Notes: a model not told the origin generated them from the letters alone. A stretch of 64,000 nucleotides of DNA from Thermodesulfobacteriota bacterium (GCA_035559815.1 DATMAT010000029.1:2485-66484), one strand, 5' to 3'; positions 41,843 to 52,550 are shown, counted from the stretch's first letter. Translations and numbers: made by a program.

Positions 41843-42733
41843 CTATTTGGACTCACGGATTACCAGATAATTGGAGAGCAGTATTAGACCTCCTCCCCAG
41901 ATCACATTCAAACCTATCGGCTGGCCGAATGTAATTTTTGCCAGCAAGGTCGCGCTGACCGGCTCCAGAAGGAGTATTATGCCGGCGATAGAAGCTTGCA
42001 CATTTTTCATCCCTCGGTAAAAGAGTAAATGGGGTATGACTCCGGCTACAAACCCAAAAATAAGGAAATTAACCCAATGGTCTGAAAGGGAGTGTAAAGA
42101 GAACTCGACTATACTCGGCTCCTGGATGAATAGTGCCGTAATCGGCCAAAGTAACAATAGCCAAACAACTGAAAACCCCGACCAACCGATTGTGGTAGTA
42201 AGGTAATGTTGGTTATTCATTCCGCTTTTTCTACCCCATATTATCCATAACGATAGAAAAATACCCCCCAACAAAGCGCATGTAACGCCGGCCATCGAGT
42301 CAAACGATTTTATATCCCATGATTTAAGAAGAACGGCCAGACCGAGGAGGGCTATTACCACTGATAAGATTTTTCTTACGGTGATTTTTTCATCTAACAT
42401 CAGCCTGGCCAGAGGAACCGTCCAGACCGGTTGGCTATAGAGAAGGAATACCACAATTGCTACGGGCACCCCTAGGGCAATCCCGGCAAATTGGGTCAAT
42501 TCTAAGAAGGCGCCTATCAGCCCGTAGACCGTGAAAAAATAAATCGCCTCTCTTTTTATGAGATATTGCCTTTTGACTAGAACTACGGGAAGCAATATAA
42601 GGCTGATAAGAAGCACCCGGTATAACGAAACTTCAAAGAGGGATAAGCCTGAATTGATGAAGAATTGTCCGCCTGCAGCGATTGTACCGTACAACAAAGC
42701 CGCAGTGGTGACAAACCAGTATTCCCTGGACAT
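41843..42733 (-). CDS. EamA/DMT-family transporter
   Basis: 10 TM helices in two 5-TM halves. Confidence 0.6.
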   Translation of the reverse strand: MSREYWFVTTAALLYGTIAAGGQFFINSGLSLFEVSLYRVLLISLILLPVVLVKRQYLIKREAIYFFTVYGLIGAFLELTQFAGIALGVPVAIVVFLLYSQPVWTVPLARLMLDEKITVRKILSVVIALLGLAVLLKSWDIKSFDSMAGVTCALLGGIFLSLWIIWGRKSGMNNQHYLTTTIGWSGFSVVWLLLLWPITALFIQEPSIVEFSLHSLSDHWVNFLIFGFVAGVIPHLLFYRGMKNVQASIAGIILLLEPVSATLLAKITFGQPIGLNVIWGGGLILLSNYLVIRESK

Positions 42734-42854
42734 AGAGTTATATTACATACCGGGCATTTATGAAGAGAAGAAATTAAAACTTAGAAAAACCTGAAGTGAG
42801 TATACCCTACCTCAGTAGATAGTTTTAGAGTTCAGGCAATATCTCTTTTATTGA

Positions 42855-43232
42855 TTATCCCGTTTTTTCTACACCTTTTGCCTTAATCACGTTTTTAAAC
42901 TTGAAAATAGCGTAGCGCTTTTCTTTGTTGAATTTCCCCATGACCCTTACCTTGCTGCCCTCAGAAATCTGGATGCGACCCTTGGTGTAAACACCAACGG
43001 TGCTCTCGTCCCCGTCGTGAAGTTTAAAAAGGGTGTAAGGGTCACCAGAGATCGAGGTTGTATATTTTATCTTTTTGACCTCTCCCTCTACTACCACCTC
43101 TTTGCCATCATAACTTATTGGGTTCGATACGATTCTCTCGATTGCGCTTTCCTGGTCATCAGCTTTGGCGAAGCCTGGCCAGAGTAAGAGGAAAGTGGCT
43201 ATAGCTATCAGAGCTAAAAATCTCTTGGTCAT
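42855..43232 (-). CDS. periplasmic OB-fold (BOF/YgiW-like) protein
   Basis: signal peptide; 125 aa; GKEVVVEGEV...KVRVMG pattern. Confidence 0.3.
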   Translation of the reverse strand: MTKRFLALIAIATFLLLWPGFAKADDQESAIERIVSNPISYDGKEVVVEGEVKKIKYTTSISGDPYTLFKLHDGDESTVGVYTKGRIQISEGSKVRVMGKFNKEKRYAIFKFKNVIKAKGVEKTG

Positions 43233-43443
43233 TCTTCTATCTCCCTTCTAGATATTCGAAGTTTAAGTTGTGGAACATAAGACCGTAATAATATAAGCAA
43301 CGATTTCCCGATTTCCACAATTTTTCGTGTTTTTTAAATTTTGGATGTTAGCTACAAGGAAAAGGATTCACGCGGGTGATTACGGCTCTAAGGTTTTTTA
43401 AGCGGTAATGAACCGATTTAAACTTCATAAATAACTCGTATTT

Positions 43444-44316
43444 TTAATATCGATCCAATTTAAGAAGACTGTAGTACCCTAATACCTTGTCTACATAATC
43501 TATGGTTTCTGAGTATGGTGGGATTTGAAAACCGTGCCTTATCACCGAACCCTTGCCGGCGTTGTAAGCGGCCAGTGCTAGCCTGAGGTCGCCGCCGAAG
43601 TAATTTATCAGGTCTTTCAGGAACCTTATACCCCCGTCTATATTCTCCTCGGGGTCGAAAGGGTTTCTAACCCCATAGTCTTTTGCCGTCTCCGGTATGA
43701 GCTGCATCATTCCCATTGCTTTCTTGGGCGAAACTGCAAGTGGGTTGAAATTAGATTCAGCTTTAATTACCGCTTTGACCAGATAAGGGTCAATACCGTG
43801 TCTATTACTTGCGATAATAATTTCACTTTCGTAGTCATATTTGGCTTTTTCGAGTCCATTCCTGTTTTCTTTCGACCTGCTCACCACTTTGTATTTGGAG
43901 AGCGGGAAAAACGCCCTATAAATTGCGGCCTCGCTCATGTATCCATCATGCTCCTGCTCTCCTGAGTTACCCATATCGCAGCTCAATGTTTCGTATCGGT
44001 CTTCTCTTTTGATCATGACCACACAATCTGAGATCTGGGCCAGTACCACCTCTTCGGTGTAAACGAGGTCGATCCTTTCTCCTTCTGCGTATGTCTTGAG
44101 CTTGCCGGTATTCAGGTTTTTTATTATTGCTGTCCCGGTATCTTCTTTAACAATCGTACCGAGAAGGGATAGTTCCAAGTTGGATTTGGTGAGGTCCGCT
44201 GATAGCAGGTCTTTTCTAATATTTGCCTTTTCTATTTCTAAGCCTTGAGAGCCGTAAGGGTAAACAAATAAAATCCCCAAAAGGATGTTCAATATTATCG
44301 GAATATATCTCTTCAT
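43444..44316 (-). CDS. lytic transglycosylase (SLT domain) protein
   Basis: VIKAESNFNPLAVSPKKAMGMMQLIP...AYNAG. Confidence 0.65.
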   Translation of the reverse strand: MKRYIPIILNILLGILFVYPYGSQGLEIEKANIRKDLLSADLTKSNLELSLLGTIVKEDTGTAIIKNLNTGKLKTYAEGERIDLVYTEEVVLAQISDCVVMIKREDRYETLSCDMGNSGEQEHDGYMSEAAIYRAFFPLSKYKVVSRSKENRNGLEKAKYDYESEIIIASNRHGIDPYLVKAVIKAESNFNPLAVSPKKAMGMMQLIPETAKDYGVRNPFDPEENIDGGIRFLKDLINYFGGDLRLALAAYNAGKGSVIRHGFQIPPYSETIDYVDKVLGYYSLLKLDRY

Positions 44317-44401
44317 GAGTTCTTTATCGAAAAAAAGCTAGATTAACATAATGAATCCTGGGAAAAAGTAAATAACTCCTTAAATACCCCGAAAGAATGG
44401 G

Positions 44402-45829
44402 CTAAAAAACGTGCTTTATCAGTTGTAGTCTATTGGTAATGCCGTATTTGCTGAATATATTCGCCAGGTGGGTCTTTACCGTGTTTTCGCTTATGAAGAG
44501 GGTATTGGAGATTTGCTTATTGCTGTAACCTAAAACAATAAGGTTCACAATCTCCTCCTCCCTTCTGGTTAGCTTGGGCTGCAAGCCAGACTTACTTTTC
44601 CTCACAGGTATGAGCCGGGTTAAGACATTGGTTATGGAGCTCATCTCCATCCAAATCGAATCTTTGCTTACCGTCCTGATTGCTTGGATTAGATGCTCCT
44701 TGTTAGATACATCGGTTAAACACCCGCGCACTCCGGAGGAGATATTCTTTATAACCTCGTCTTCATCGATGGTATGTAGCAATAGAAGCACCTTGGTTTC
44801 GGGGCTCTTTTCCCGGATTGAATTCATGAGTTCAGCGATATCCGAGTTGCATATCGCTGCATCGATAAGGAGGACATTGGGCCGGCTCTGCTCGATAGAC
44901 GGAATAATCTCTTGGTCCGAGGAGGCCTCCGCTATAATCTCAATATCCCTCTCTGGTTCCAGGATCTTACGTATTCCCTCTCGGAATATGGTTGAACAGA
45001 TTATTATTAGTTTAATTTTTTCAGTTGGTTCCGGTTGCTGAAATTTTTTAGTCCTAGTTTCTAAGAGACCGTTCAACTTTCGAAATGCTAATACCACGCC
45101 GGATATATTACCGATGTCATCCCGGATCGGGGCTGCACTCTTTTCGATGAGCACTTCTTTTCCATTCTTGGAAATGAGTATCACCTGATGGCCTCTTATT
45201 GGGCTGTTATTCAGCACATTCTTGACCGGGTTTGGCAGGGGGGAACGAGTTTCCTCCGTTATTATTTTGAACACATCGGATATATTTTTACCTAAGGCCT
45301 CTTCTTTTTCCCATGCAGTTAAGGATTCAGCCACTGGATTCATGAAAGTTATTACCCCTTCGGTATCGGTGGTAATAACCCCATCGCCTATACTCTTAAG
45401 TGTTAGAGCAAGCCACTTCTTTTTCTCTTTTAGTTTTTTATCCACATGATGTTTGTGAAGGGCTATTTCGATGCTTGAACGCATTTCCTTGATTTCGAAG
45501 GGTTTATGAATGTAACCGAACGGTTCTGTCATCTTGACCCGTCTTAGTGTCTCTTTATCGGAGTAAGCAGTAAGATATATCACCGGGATGTCGAATCTTG
45601 TGTATATTTCCTTGGCTGCCTTGACGCCGTCTATCTTGCCTTTTAGGACAATATCCATTAAAACTAAGTCTGGTCTTATCTCTTCTGCTTTTTGAATAGC
45701 CTCCTCTCCTGAAGAGACGATAGCCGGTACGGTGTAGCCTAGGTTTCGGAGCCGGTTTTTTATGTCTCTTGCTACGATTTTTTCATCCTCGACAACGAGT
45801 ATTCTAGCACTGTCCGCACTTGCCTCCAT
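44402..45829 (-). CDS. response regulator: REC - PAS - second REC-like - LuxR-type HTH
   Basis: N-terminal LVVEDEKIVARDI...DLVLMDI receiver; C-terminal LTRREEEIVNLIVLGYSNKQISNTLFISENTVKTHL. Confidence 0.7.
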   Translation of the reverse strand: MEASADSARILVVEDEKIVARDIKNRLRNLGYTVPAIVSSGEEAIQKAEEIRPDLVLMDIVLKGKIDGVKAAKEIYTRFDIPVIYLTAYSDKETLRRVKMTEPFGYIHKPFEIKEMRSSIEIALHKHHVDKKLKEKKKWLALTLKSIGDGVITTDTEGVITFMNPVAESLTAWEKEEALGKNISDVFKIITEETRSPLPNPVKNVLNNSPIRGHQVILISKNGKEVLIEKSAAPIRDDIGNISGVVLAFRKLNGLLETRTKKFQQPEPTEKIKLIIICSTIFREGIRKILEPERDIEIIAEASSDQEIIPSIEQSRPNVLLIDAAICNSDIAELMNSIREKSPETKVLLLLHTIDEDEVIKNISSGVRGCLTDVSNKEHLIQAIRTVSKDSIWMEMSSITNVLTRLIPVRKSKSGLQPKLTRREEEIVNLIVLGYSNKQISNTLFISENTVKTHLANIFSKYGITNRLQLIKHVF

Positions 45830-45991
45830 GCTAAAACTCCTCCAGTGTGGGAATAACCAGCCTAATATACTACAAATTCGATTAAGAATATAGTGGTGTA
45901 GGTTCTACAAGTTATTAGCCGCTTCTGTTGAGTATGAACGCTTTTATGATAGACTAGCTCCACCTAAAATAACTTATTAGAGGGCTTATAG

Positions 45992-47248
45992 ATGTTCGAC
46001 CTATTTAGATCTCCAGCTTTTGATAACGCCGTAGTGTATTACGACCGAGCTTGTGAGCTACTGGGGTTAGAAGACTGGCTCAGAGAAAGGCTCCGCTTTC
46101 CCCAAAGAACCCTGGTTGTAAGCTGTCCTATACGCATGGACGAGGGAGAAATAAGGGTATTCACCGGATACCGGGTGCAGCATAATTTAACCCTCGGCCC
46201 CTGCAAGGGCGGGGTTCGATACCATCCGGATGTGGACATGGGAGAAGTAGCATCTCTGGCCATGGGTATGAGCTGGAAATGCGGCCTGGCGGAGTTACCA
46301 TTTGGGGGGGCAAAAGGTGGGGTTTCTGTGGACCCCATGGAACTCTCCTTGGGCGAACTAGAACGCCTTACCCGGAGATATACGGCTGAAATCCTGCCCA
46401 TAATAGGCCCGAACAAAGATATTCCGGCACCGGATATGGGAACAAACCCACAAACCATGGCTTGGATGATGGATACCTACAGTATGACCGAGGGTTACAC
46501 GACGCCCGCTGTGGTCACCGGTAAGCCGGTTATTATCGGAGGGTCTCTGGGAAGAGAAGAGGCAACCGGGTTTGGAGTAGCTTACATAGTCGAGGATGCT
46601 TTAAGGCATTTTAAGAAAAGCCTACCCGGGGCAAAGGTGGCTATCCAGGGTTTTGGGAATGTGGGAACGTACACTGCACAGAAGCTATCGGAAATGGGCT
46701 GCTCCGTCGTTGCGGTAAGCGATATGTATGGGGGAATTTATAATTCATCGGGCCTGCCTGTTCATGAACTGTTAGACCTGGTGAGGCACAAGGGAAGGGT
46801 GCAAGAATTTAAACAGTCCGACAAGATAACAAACGATGAACTAATAACCCTCGACTGCGACGTTCTTATTCCGGCGGCCGTAGGAAGGGTAATCACAAAA
46901 GAGAACGCCAATAAGCTTAGATGTAAGATGGTTGTGGAAGGGGCGAATGGCCCCACCACTGCCGATGCTGACGACATCCTGGCGGAAAGAGGGATCCCGG
47001 TGGTCCCGGATATTCTGGCCAATGCCGGGGGGGTAATCGTTTCATACTACGAATGGGTGCAGGGTCTTCAGGAATATTACTGGTCTAAGGATATGGTCTT
47101 TACCGAGCTTCAGAAGCGGATGCGGGGAATGTTTAATAAGGTATCCCATTTTGCCCTGGAAAAAGCGGTTTCACTCCGTATGGCCGCACTCATGTTTGGC
47201 ATTAACCAGGTCGCTCAAGCAAAGAAGCTCCGTGGTCTTTATCCGTAA
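45992..47248 (+). CDS. gdhA: glutamate dehydrogenase
   Basis: GPCKGGVRYHPDV...LPFGGAKGGV Glu/Leu/Phe/Val dehydrogenase signature; Rossmann GFGNVG. Confidence 0.85.
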   Translation: MFDLFRSPAFDNAVVYYDRACELLGLEDWLRERLRFPQRTLVVSCPIRMDEGEIRVFTGYRVQHNLTLGPCKGGVRYHPDVDMGEVASLAMGMSWKCGLAELPFGGAKGGVSVDPMELSLGELERLTRRYTAEILPIIGPNKDIPAPDMGTNPQTMAWMMDTYSMTEGYTTPAVVTGKPVIIGGSLGREEATGFGVAYIVEDALRHFKKSLPGAKVAIQGFGNVGTYTAQKLSEMGCSVVAVSDMYGGIYNSSGLPVHELLDLVRHKGRVQEFKQSDKITNDELITLDCDVLIPAAVGRVITKENANKLRCKMVVEGANGPTTADADDILAERGIPVVPDILANAGGVIVSYYEWVQGLQEYYWSKDMVFTELQKRMRGMFNKVSHFALEKAVSLRMAALMFGINQVAQAKKLRGLYP

Positions 47249-47271
47249 ATTTCTGAATGTTCGATTCTTAG

Positions 47272-47299
47272 GTAGGGGCACGCTGCAGCGTGCCCCTAG
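47272..47299. repeat. REP (GTAG-type palindrome)
   Basis: gtaggggcacgctgcagcgtgcccctag; near-identical copy at 59299. Confidence 0.65.
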
Positions 47300-47305
47300 A
47301 TTTGT

Positions 47306-48157
47306 TTGTCAGTAATTCAAAACAACTGTAGAATAACCTCGATGATCCAAAAGATTCCGCGGGCGCTGACGATTGCCGGCTCGGACTCCGGCGGAGGAGC
47401 CGGAATTCAGGCCGATTTAAAGACTTTTACAGCACTCCGGGTTTACGGACTCTCGGTGCTTACCTCGATAACCGCTCAAAATACCTTGTCTGTTCTCGGT
47501 ATCAACGATATACCGCCTGAATTTGTGGAACTGCAGATCGATGCCGTTCTTAGCGACATAGGGGCTGATGCTGTTAAGACTGGGATGCTGTCGAATGAGG
47601 GGATAATCCTAGCGGTAACTAAAAAGATTAAACGGTATGGCGTTGAAAACCTGGTTGTAGACCCGGTCATGAGGGCAAAGAGCGGGGATGCGCTTTTGGA
47701 CCCGGGAGCGGAGGAAGCATTGAAACGAGAGCTTCTTCCCCTAGCCTTGGTCGTTACTCCTAATATTCCGGAAGCGCAGGCTCTTTCAGGGGTAGCAATT
47801 TCTTCCTTCGACGATATGAGAGAAGCGGCTGAAAAAATAAAGTCCTTCGGACCTCGGTATGTTTTGATAAAAGGGGGGCACCTTGAATGGGCCAAAGAGG
47901 CAGTAGATATTATGTATGATGGAAAAGGATTTGACCTGTTCCAAGCCCCCAGGGTTGAAACCAAGAATACACATGGCACGGGATGCACTTACTCTTCGGC
48001 CATTTGCGCAGGGCTGGCGAAGGGGCTCGATGTGCCGGAAGCGGTTAGGCAGGCTAAGCAGTATGTCACCGAGGCTATAATAAGGTCTTTTGGCCTGGGC
48101 AAAGGGCATGGGCCATTGAATCACTTTTGGAAGTTCGAACAAGAGAGCCAAAGATGA
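47306..48157 (+). CDS. thiD: hydroxymethylpyrimidine/phosphomethylpyrimidine kinase
   Basis: ALTIAGSDSGGGAGIQADLKTF ... GCTYSSAICAGLAKG. Confidence 0.8.
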   Translation: MSVIQNNCRITSMIQKIPRALTIAGSDSGGGAGIQADLKTFTALRVYGLSVLTSITAQNTLSVLGINDIPPEFVELQIDAVLSDIGADAVKTGMLSNEGIILAVTKKIKRYGVENLVVDPVMRAKSGDALLDPGAEEALKRELLPLALVVTPNIPEAQALSGVAISSFDDMREAAEKIKSFGPRYVLIKGGHLEWAKEAVDIMYDGKGFDLFQAPRVETKNTHGTGCTYSSAICAGLAKGLDVPEAVRQAKQYVTEAIIRSFGLGKGHGPLNHFWKFEQESQR

Positions 48158-48261
48158 ATACGGTAAAGGAATTGCCACGGAGGTCACAGAGAAAGGGAAG
48201 AAAATCTATGCAAAAACTCGGTGTTATCTGTGGCTAGATAATTCTCAAGGAAGGAGTTAAC

Positions 48262-49116
48262 ATGGCACATATCATAGACGGCAAAGAGGTCTCACAACAC
48301 ATAAGAAAGGAAGTCGCAAACGAGGTATTAAAACTAAAAGGGGAAAGGGGAATAACCCCTGGGCTGGCGGCAGTTCTGGTGGGGGATAATCCGGCATCGC
48401 AAATCTATGTGCGGAACAAGAGAAAAGCTTGTGAGGAGGCTGGAATATATTCAGAGGAGTATAGACTGGCGGAAGAAACTACCGAGGACGAGCTCCTTTC
48501 ACTTATAATGAGGCTTAACGAAGATAAAAGAATCCATGGAATACTGGTGCAGCTACCCCTTCCCAAGCAGATAAACGAGACCAAAATCCTGCGGTCGGTA
48601 TCTCCGTTAAAGGATATCGACGGGTTTCATCCGGAAAATGTAGGGTTTCTGGTAGAGGGCAATCCCCGGTTTATTCCCTGCACCCCACACGGCATAATCA
48701 AGCTTTTAGACTATTATAAGATTGAAATACAGGGTAAAGAGGCTGTCGTAGTGGGGAGGAGCAATATCGTGGGGAAACCGGTATCGCTTCTTCTGCTACA
48801 CCGTCATGCCACGGTTACCATTTGCCATTCACGGACTAGACCCCTCGAAGAGGTTACGCGGCGAGCAGACATATTGGTAGCGGCTATGGGGCGTGCTAAA
48901 TTTATAACCGGAAATATGGTCAAGGAAGGCGTGGCGGTAATAGATGTGGGAATTAATCGACTTGACGATGGGAAGCTGGTGGGGGATGTTGATTTCGAAA
49001 GCGTCCGGGAGAAGGCCTCTTATATAACCCCCGTCCCGGGCGGGGTTGGGCCTATGACCATAGCCATGCTTCTCTGGAATACGTTGTCGTCAGCCAGGGA
49101 TTTTCATGAACTATAG
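48262..49116 (+). CDS. folD: bifunctional methylene-THF dehydrogenase/methenyl-THF cyclohydrolase
   Basis: GLAAVLVGDNPASQIYVRNKRKACEEAGI ... GGVGPMT. Confidence 0.85.
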   Translation: MAHIIDGKEVSQHIRKEVANEVLKLKGERGITPGLAAVLVGDNPASQIYVRNKRKACEEAGIYSEEYRLAEETTEDELLSLIMRLNEDKRIHGILVQLPLPKQINETKILRSVSPLKDIDGFHPENVGFLVEGNPRFIPCTPHGIIKLLDYYKIEIQGKEAVVVGRSNIVGKPVSLLLLHRHATVTICHSRTRPLEEVTRRADILVAAMGRAKFITGNMVKEGVAVIDVGINRLDDGKLVGDVDFESVREKASYITPVPGGVGPMTIAMLLWNTLSSARDFHEL

Positions 49117-49162
49117 ATTTACACCGTTTTCATTTTTTATCGCCTGCAAAAATAACACCCAA

Positions 49163-49305
49163 GGTGTTCACCCTTCGAACGGGTGAGCGGTTTTTATCCC
49201 TCTTTTTATTCAGCGGATGCGTGCGTCCGCTCATGCAGAGCCTGTCGAAGCATGGTGTATCTTAAGGCGTTCGTCCTTCGACTGGGCTCAGGACGACCGG
49301 GTTGA
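49163..49305. repeat. family A repeat cluster
   Basis: gttcacccttcgaacgggtgagcgg...cagcggatgcgtgcgtccgctcatgcagag...cttcgactgggctcaggacgaccgg. Confidence 0.7.
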
Positions 49306-49546
49306 TTCTTAGAAGAGGTGATTAACATACTGGAACGAGCGTGAAGAATCTTGAATCGTAATGTAGCAATAATCCTTAATTCATATCTACTAATCACTAA
49401 CAACTATCCGGTAAGATTTCTCCCCATGAGATATGAAATTATCTCACGGTTTCGAAATGACAAAAGGCCGTTTATTCCTGCGATTAACCCTGAACTTGTT
49501 GCGATTTAGTCGCCGCTAGAAACCGTTCCTGCTTTAATTTAGATCA

Positions 49547-50305
49547 TCACTCCACATAGTTCCTCAGAACTCCAATTCCCTCGATTTCTACCTCAACTTT
49601 ATCCCCACTTTTCATGGGACCTATTCCGGCGGGGGTACCGGTGGCGATAATATCCCCGGGTAAAAGGGTCATAACGTGAGAGATAAAGCTTAGGAGCCTT
49701 GGCACGCTGAATATGAGATTTGAAGTACTGGAGTGTTGCCTTATTTCTCCGTTGAGGATGGTCGTGATTTTGAGGTTAGCAGGATCAACTTCGGTTTCTA
49801 TAACCGGGCCGATGGGGGCAAATGTGTCAAAACCCTTTGCCCGTGTATACTGCACGTCTTTTGCCTGAAGATCACGCGCCGTCACATCGTTTATACAGGT
49901 GTATCCGAAAACGTATTGATAAGCCTCCCTTTCCTTCACCCAACTTGCTTTCCTCCCAATCACAACGGCCAGTTCTCCCTCGTAGTCAACCCGGGAGGAC
50001 ATGTGTTTTGGATAGATAATCTTATCCTCATGGCCGATAACCGAGGTGCTCGGCTTCATGAAGAGCATCGGTTCTTCCGGGGGGTCTTTTTTCATTTCCT
50101 CGGCATGGTCTTTGTAGTTGAGCCCTACTGCTACGATTTTAGTGGGCAGGCACGGAGGGAGTAGTTTTATCTTATCTAGTCGGTGTTCAGCCTTGGCTAT
50201 CCTGTACTCCCCGAAAATATTACCCTCGACCTCGATAACGCTCTTTCCCTCGAGTAGGCCGAACCCGGTTTTTCCTTCTTCACTTTTAAACCTAAGAAAT
50301 CGCAT
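49547..50305 (-). CDS. fumarylacetoacetate hydrolase (FAH)-family hydratase/isomerase
   Basis: FAH-fold pattern ...DYEGELAVVIGRKA...GTPAG. Confidence 0.75.
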   Translation of the reverse strand: MRFLRFKSEEGKTGFGLLEGKSVIEVEGNIFGEYRIAKAEHRLDKIKLLPPCLPTKIVAVGLNYKDHAEEMKKDPPEEPMLFMKPSTSVIGHEDKIIYPKHMSSRVDYEGELAVVIGRKASWVKEREAYQYVFGYTCINDVTARDLQAKDVQYTRAKGFDTFAPIGPVIETEVDPANLKITTILNGEIRQHSSTSNLIFSVPRLLSFISHVMTLLPGDIIATGTPAGIGPMKSGDKVEVEIEGIGVLRNYVE

Positions 50306-51106
50306 TTATCTGCCGCTAAAAGAGGGTTCCCGTTTTTCGAGGAAAGCCCTCATGCCTTCCACTCTGTCCTCAGAGTCAAAACATAGGGATACCAGGGTCT
50401 TTTCGAGTAGTAAGGCCTTCTGTAAATCCATCTCCGAGCCAGCGTTTATGGCTGTCTTGGCCATTCTGACTGCTCTCGGTCCTCTCTTGGAAATAATAAG
50501 GGCAAGATTCCTGGCCTCTTCCATTACCTTTTCGTGGGGTACGACTTTCTCCACAAGCCCAATTCTCAGTGCCTCTTGGGCGTCTATCATCTCACCGGTG
50601 AAAACCAGCTCCTTGGTTTTTCCCAGACCCAAAATCCTGGTCACCCTTTGAGTGCCGCCCCATCCGGGGAATATACCCAGCTTCACCTCTGGAAACCCCA
50701 GCTTGGCCCTCTCCGAAGCTATCCTGATGTCACAGGAAAGGGCCAGTTCACATCCCCCTCCTAGCGCATATCCGTTAATTGCGGCTAGGCAAGGGCTTGG
50801 GTCATTCTCTATAAGATGATAAACCTTGTGTGCAAGGTCTACGTATTCCTGAAACTCGGTGTCCTTCATCTGGTTCATCTCTGAGATGTCGGCCCCGGCG
50901 ACAAAGGCTTTATCCCCTGCTCCGGTTATAATCAGGGCCTTAAGGCCTTCTTTAGGAAGGATGTCTTCGAGGAAAAACCGGAGTTCCTTAAGGGTCATCC
51001 AGCTTAGCGCATTGAGTACCTTCGGGCGATTTATGGTCAGGATACCTATGTCGTTGGGCTCTCTTTCATAAGTGATAAATTCAAATTCCATGATTCCCCT
51101 CCTCAA
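50306..51106 (-). CDS. enoyl-CoA hydratase/isomerase (crotonase)
   Basis: ITGAGDKAFVAGADI ... ALGGGCELALSCDIRIA. Confidence 0.8.
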   Translation of the reverse strand: MRRGIMEFEFITYEREPNDIGILTINRPKVLNALSWMTLKELRFFLEDILPKEGLKALIITGAGDKAFVAGADISEMNQMKDTEFQEYVDLAHKVYHLIENDPSPCLAAINGYALGGGCELALSCDIRIASERAKLGFPEVKLGIFPGWGGTQRVTRILGLGKTKELVFTGEMIDAQEALRIGLVEKVVPHEKVMEEARNLALIISKRGPRAVRMAKTAINAGSEMDLQKALLLEKTLVSLCFDSEDRVEGMRAFLEKREPSFSGR

Positions 51107-51194
51107 TTATTCGCTTAGCCTATGGTAAGTTATCCAGCCTTAAAAAAGCTTGTCAAATGCATTCAGTATCAAACTTGTCCAAATAGTAGATTGC

Positions 51195-51310
51195 TTTGCA
51201 ATGACACCTTCTGTCTTGTCAATGCGAGAGACCCTTCGACGGAGTTTACACTGAGTTTATCGAATGTGCTCCGGGCAGGCCTTGCTTAAAACGTGTGAGT
51301 ATAAGGTTAA
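51195..51310. repeat. 115-bp repeat unit, near-identical copy at 57095-57215
   Basis: caatgacacc...cccttcgacggagtttacactgagtttatcgaatgtgctc(c/a)gggc(a/t)ggccttgcttaaaacgt. Confidence 0.75.
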
Positions 51311-51560
51311 GTGGGAATACACCGATCTGTCATTCCCGCGGAAGCGGGAATCCAATCTTTAATTATAGATTCCCGATTAAAAGATTTCGGGAATGACAAA
51401 GTGGATGGATCCCCGATTAATCCAGTCCCCAAATGTTTTTATTGGTGAACATTCGGGAATGACAACCAGGATGGATCTCTGATTCAGCTTGTCCCCGCGT
51501 ATGCGGAGAACAGGAATCCACCGATCTGTCATTCCCGCGGAAGCGGGAATCCAGTATTGT
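51310..51560. repeat. family C palindromic repeats (gtcattcccgcg-gaag-cgggaatcc), mixed orientation
   Basis: at least 4 units/half-units at irregular spacing. Confidence 0.7.
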
Positions 51561-51579
51561 AATTCCGGAGCCCCGATCG

Positions 51580-51790
51580 ATCCCCCGGTTTGCCCTGGAG
51601 ACCTGGCTCAGGACTGGCGGGTTTTGTTTTTAAAGCTTTTACTGCAGATATACATCCGCTCATTCTGAGCATCGTCGAAGGATGAATTAAGAGTGAATTA
51701 AAGCGAGAGGGGTTCATTCTTCGACTCGCCTGTAGTGAGCATGTCGAACTACTCAGAATGAACGGGTTTTGTTTCATAAAGCCTTTTGAG
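51580..51790. repeat. family A-type repeats
   Basis: cctggctcaggactggcggg...cagatatacatccgctcattctgagcatcgtcgaagg... Confidence 0.65.
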
Positions 51791-51812
51791 CGAATAGGCT
51801 ACAGGTACACTC

Positions 51813-52550
51813 TCAATACTTTACCTCTTTGAGGAAAAGTCCCCAAGGCGGAGCAGAGCGCACGAAATGTGTCTTCTCGCCCGTTTCCAGAATTCTCTTA
51901 AAATCCTGGATATCGATTTTACCTTTTCCCACGTGTACAAGTGTTCCTACTATTAAACGAACCATACCCTTGAGAAACCCGTTAGCCTCTATGTGAAACT
52001 CGATAATGGAATCGTGTTTTTCATCCAGGCCTACGGTCAAGACCGTGCGTACCTTGGTTTTTACATTAGTTTTGGATAACGCGAAGGCACTAAAATCGTG
52101 CCGGCCTAAGAGCATCTGGGCGGCTTTTTTCATTTTGGATTTATCTAGCTTAACCGGGATAAACCAGGCTCTTTGTCTTTCTAGTGCCGATGGGAAGGGG
52201 CTATTCAAGATTCTATAAGCATATACCTTGCTTTTTGCGTCTAGCTGGGCGTGGAAGTGGATGTCCACCTCTTCGGCTTCCTTAATCACTATATCTTTTG
52301 GTAAGGAAGAGTTAAGCGCTTTCTGGAATTGAGAAGGGGTCATTTTAGTCTCGGTCTTGAAATTTGCCACTTGCGCCAGTGCATGTACCCCGGAATCTGT
52401 CCTGCCCGAGCCGATAACATTTATTTTCTCCTTGGTGATCTTTTCCAGGGCCTTTTCTATGCACTCTTGTATCGTCTGGCCTTGGGGTTGTCTCTGCCAT
52501 CCTAAATAATTCGTGCCGTCGTATTCTATGATGAGTTTTATGTTGCGCAT
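51813..52550 (-). CDS. truA: tRNA pseudouridine(38-40) synthase
   Basis: MRNIKLIIEYDGTNYLGWQRQ...GSGRTDSGVHA; ATG at 52550 preferred over track TTG at 52580. Confidence 0.8.
   Translation of the reverse strand: MRNIKLIIEYDGTNYLGWQRQPQGQTIQECIEKALEKITKEKINVIGSGRTDSGVHALAQVANFKTETKMTPSQFQKALNSSLPKDIVIKEAEEVDIHFHAQLDAKSKVYAYRILNSPFPSALERQRAWFIPVKLDKSKMKKAAQMLLGRHDFSAFALSKTNVKTKVRTVLTVGLDEKHDSIIEFHIEANGFLKGMVRLIVGTLVHVGKGKIDIQDFKRILETGEKTHFVRSAPPWGLFLKEVKY

Noticed and set aside
51310-51560. Possible CRISPR array (repeated gtcattcccgcggaagcgggaatcc units), also at 57223-57530
   Set aside because: Units occur in both orientations, with irregular spacing and nested insertions. There are no uniform spacers and no cas genes. 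They are interpreted as REP/MITE-like palindromes.
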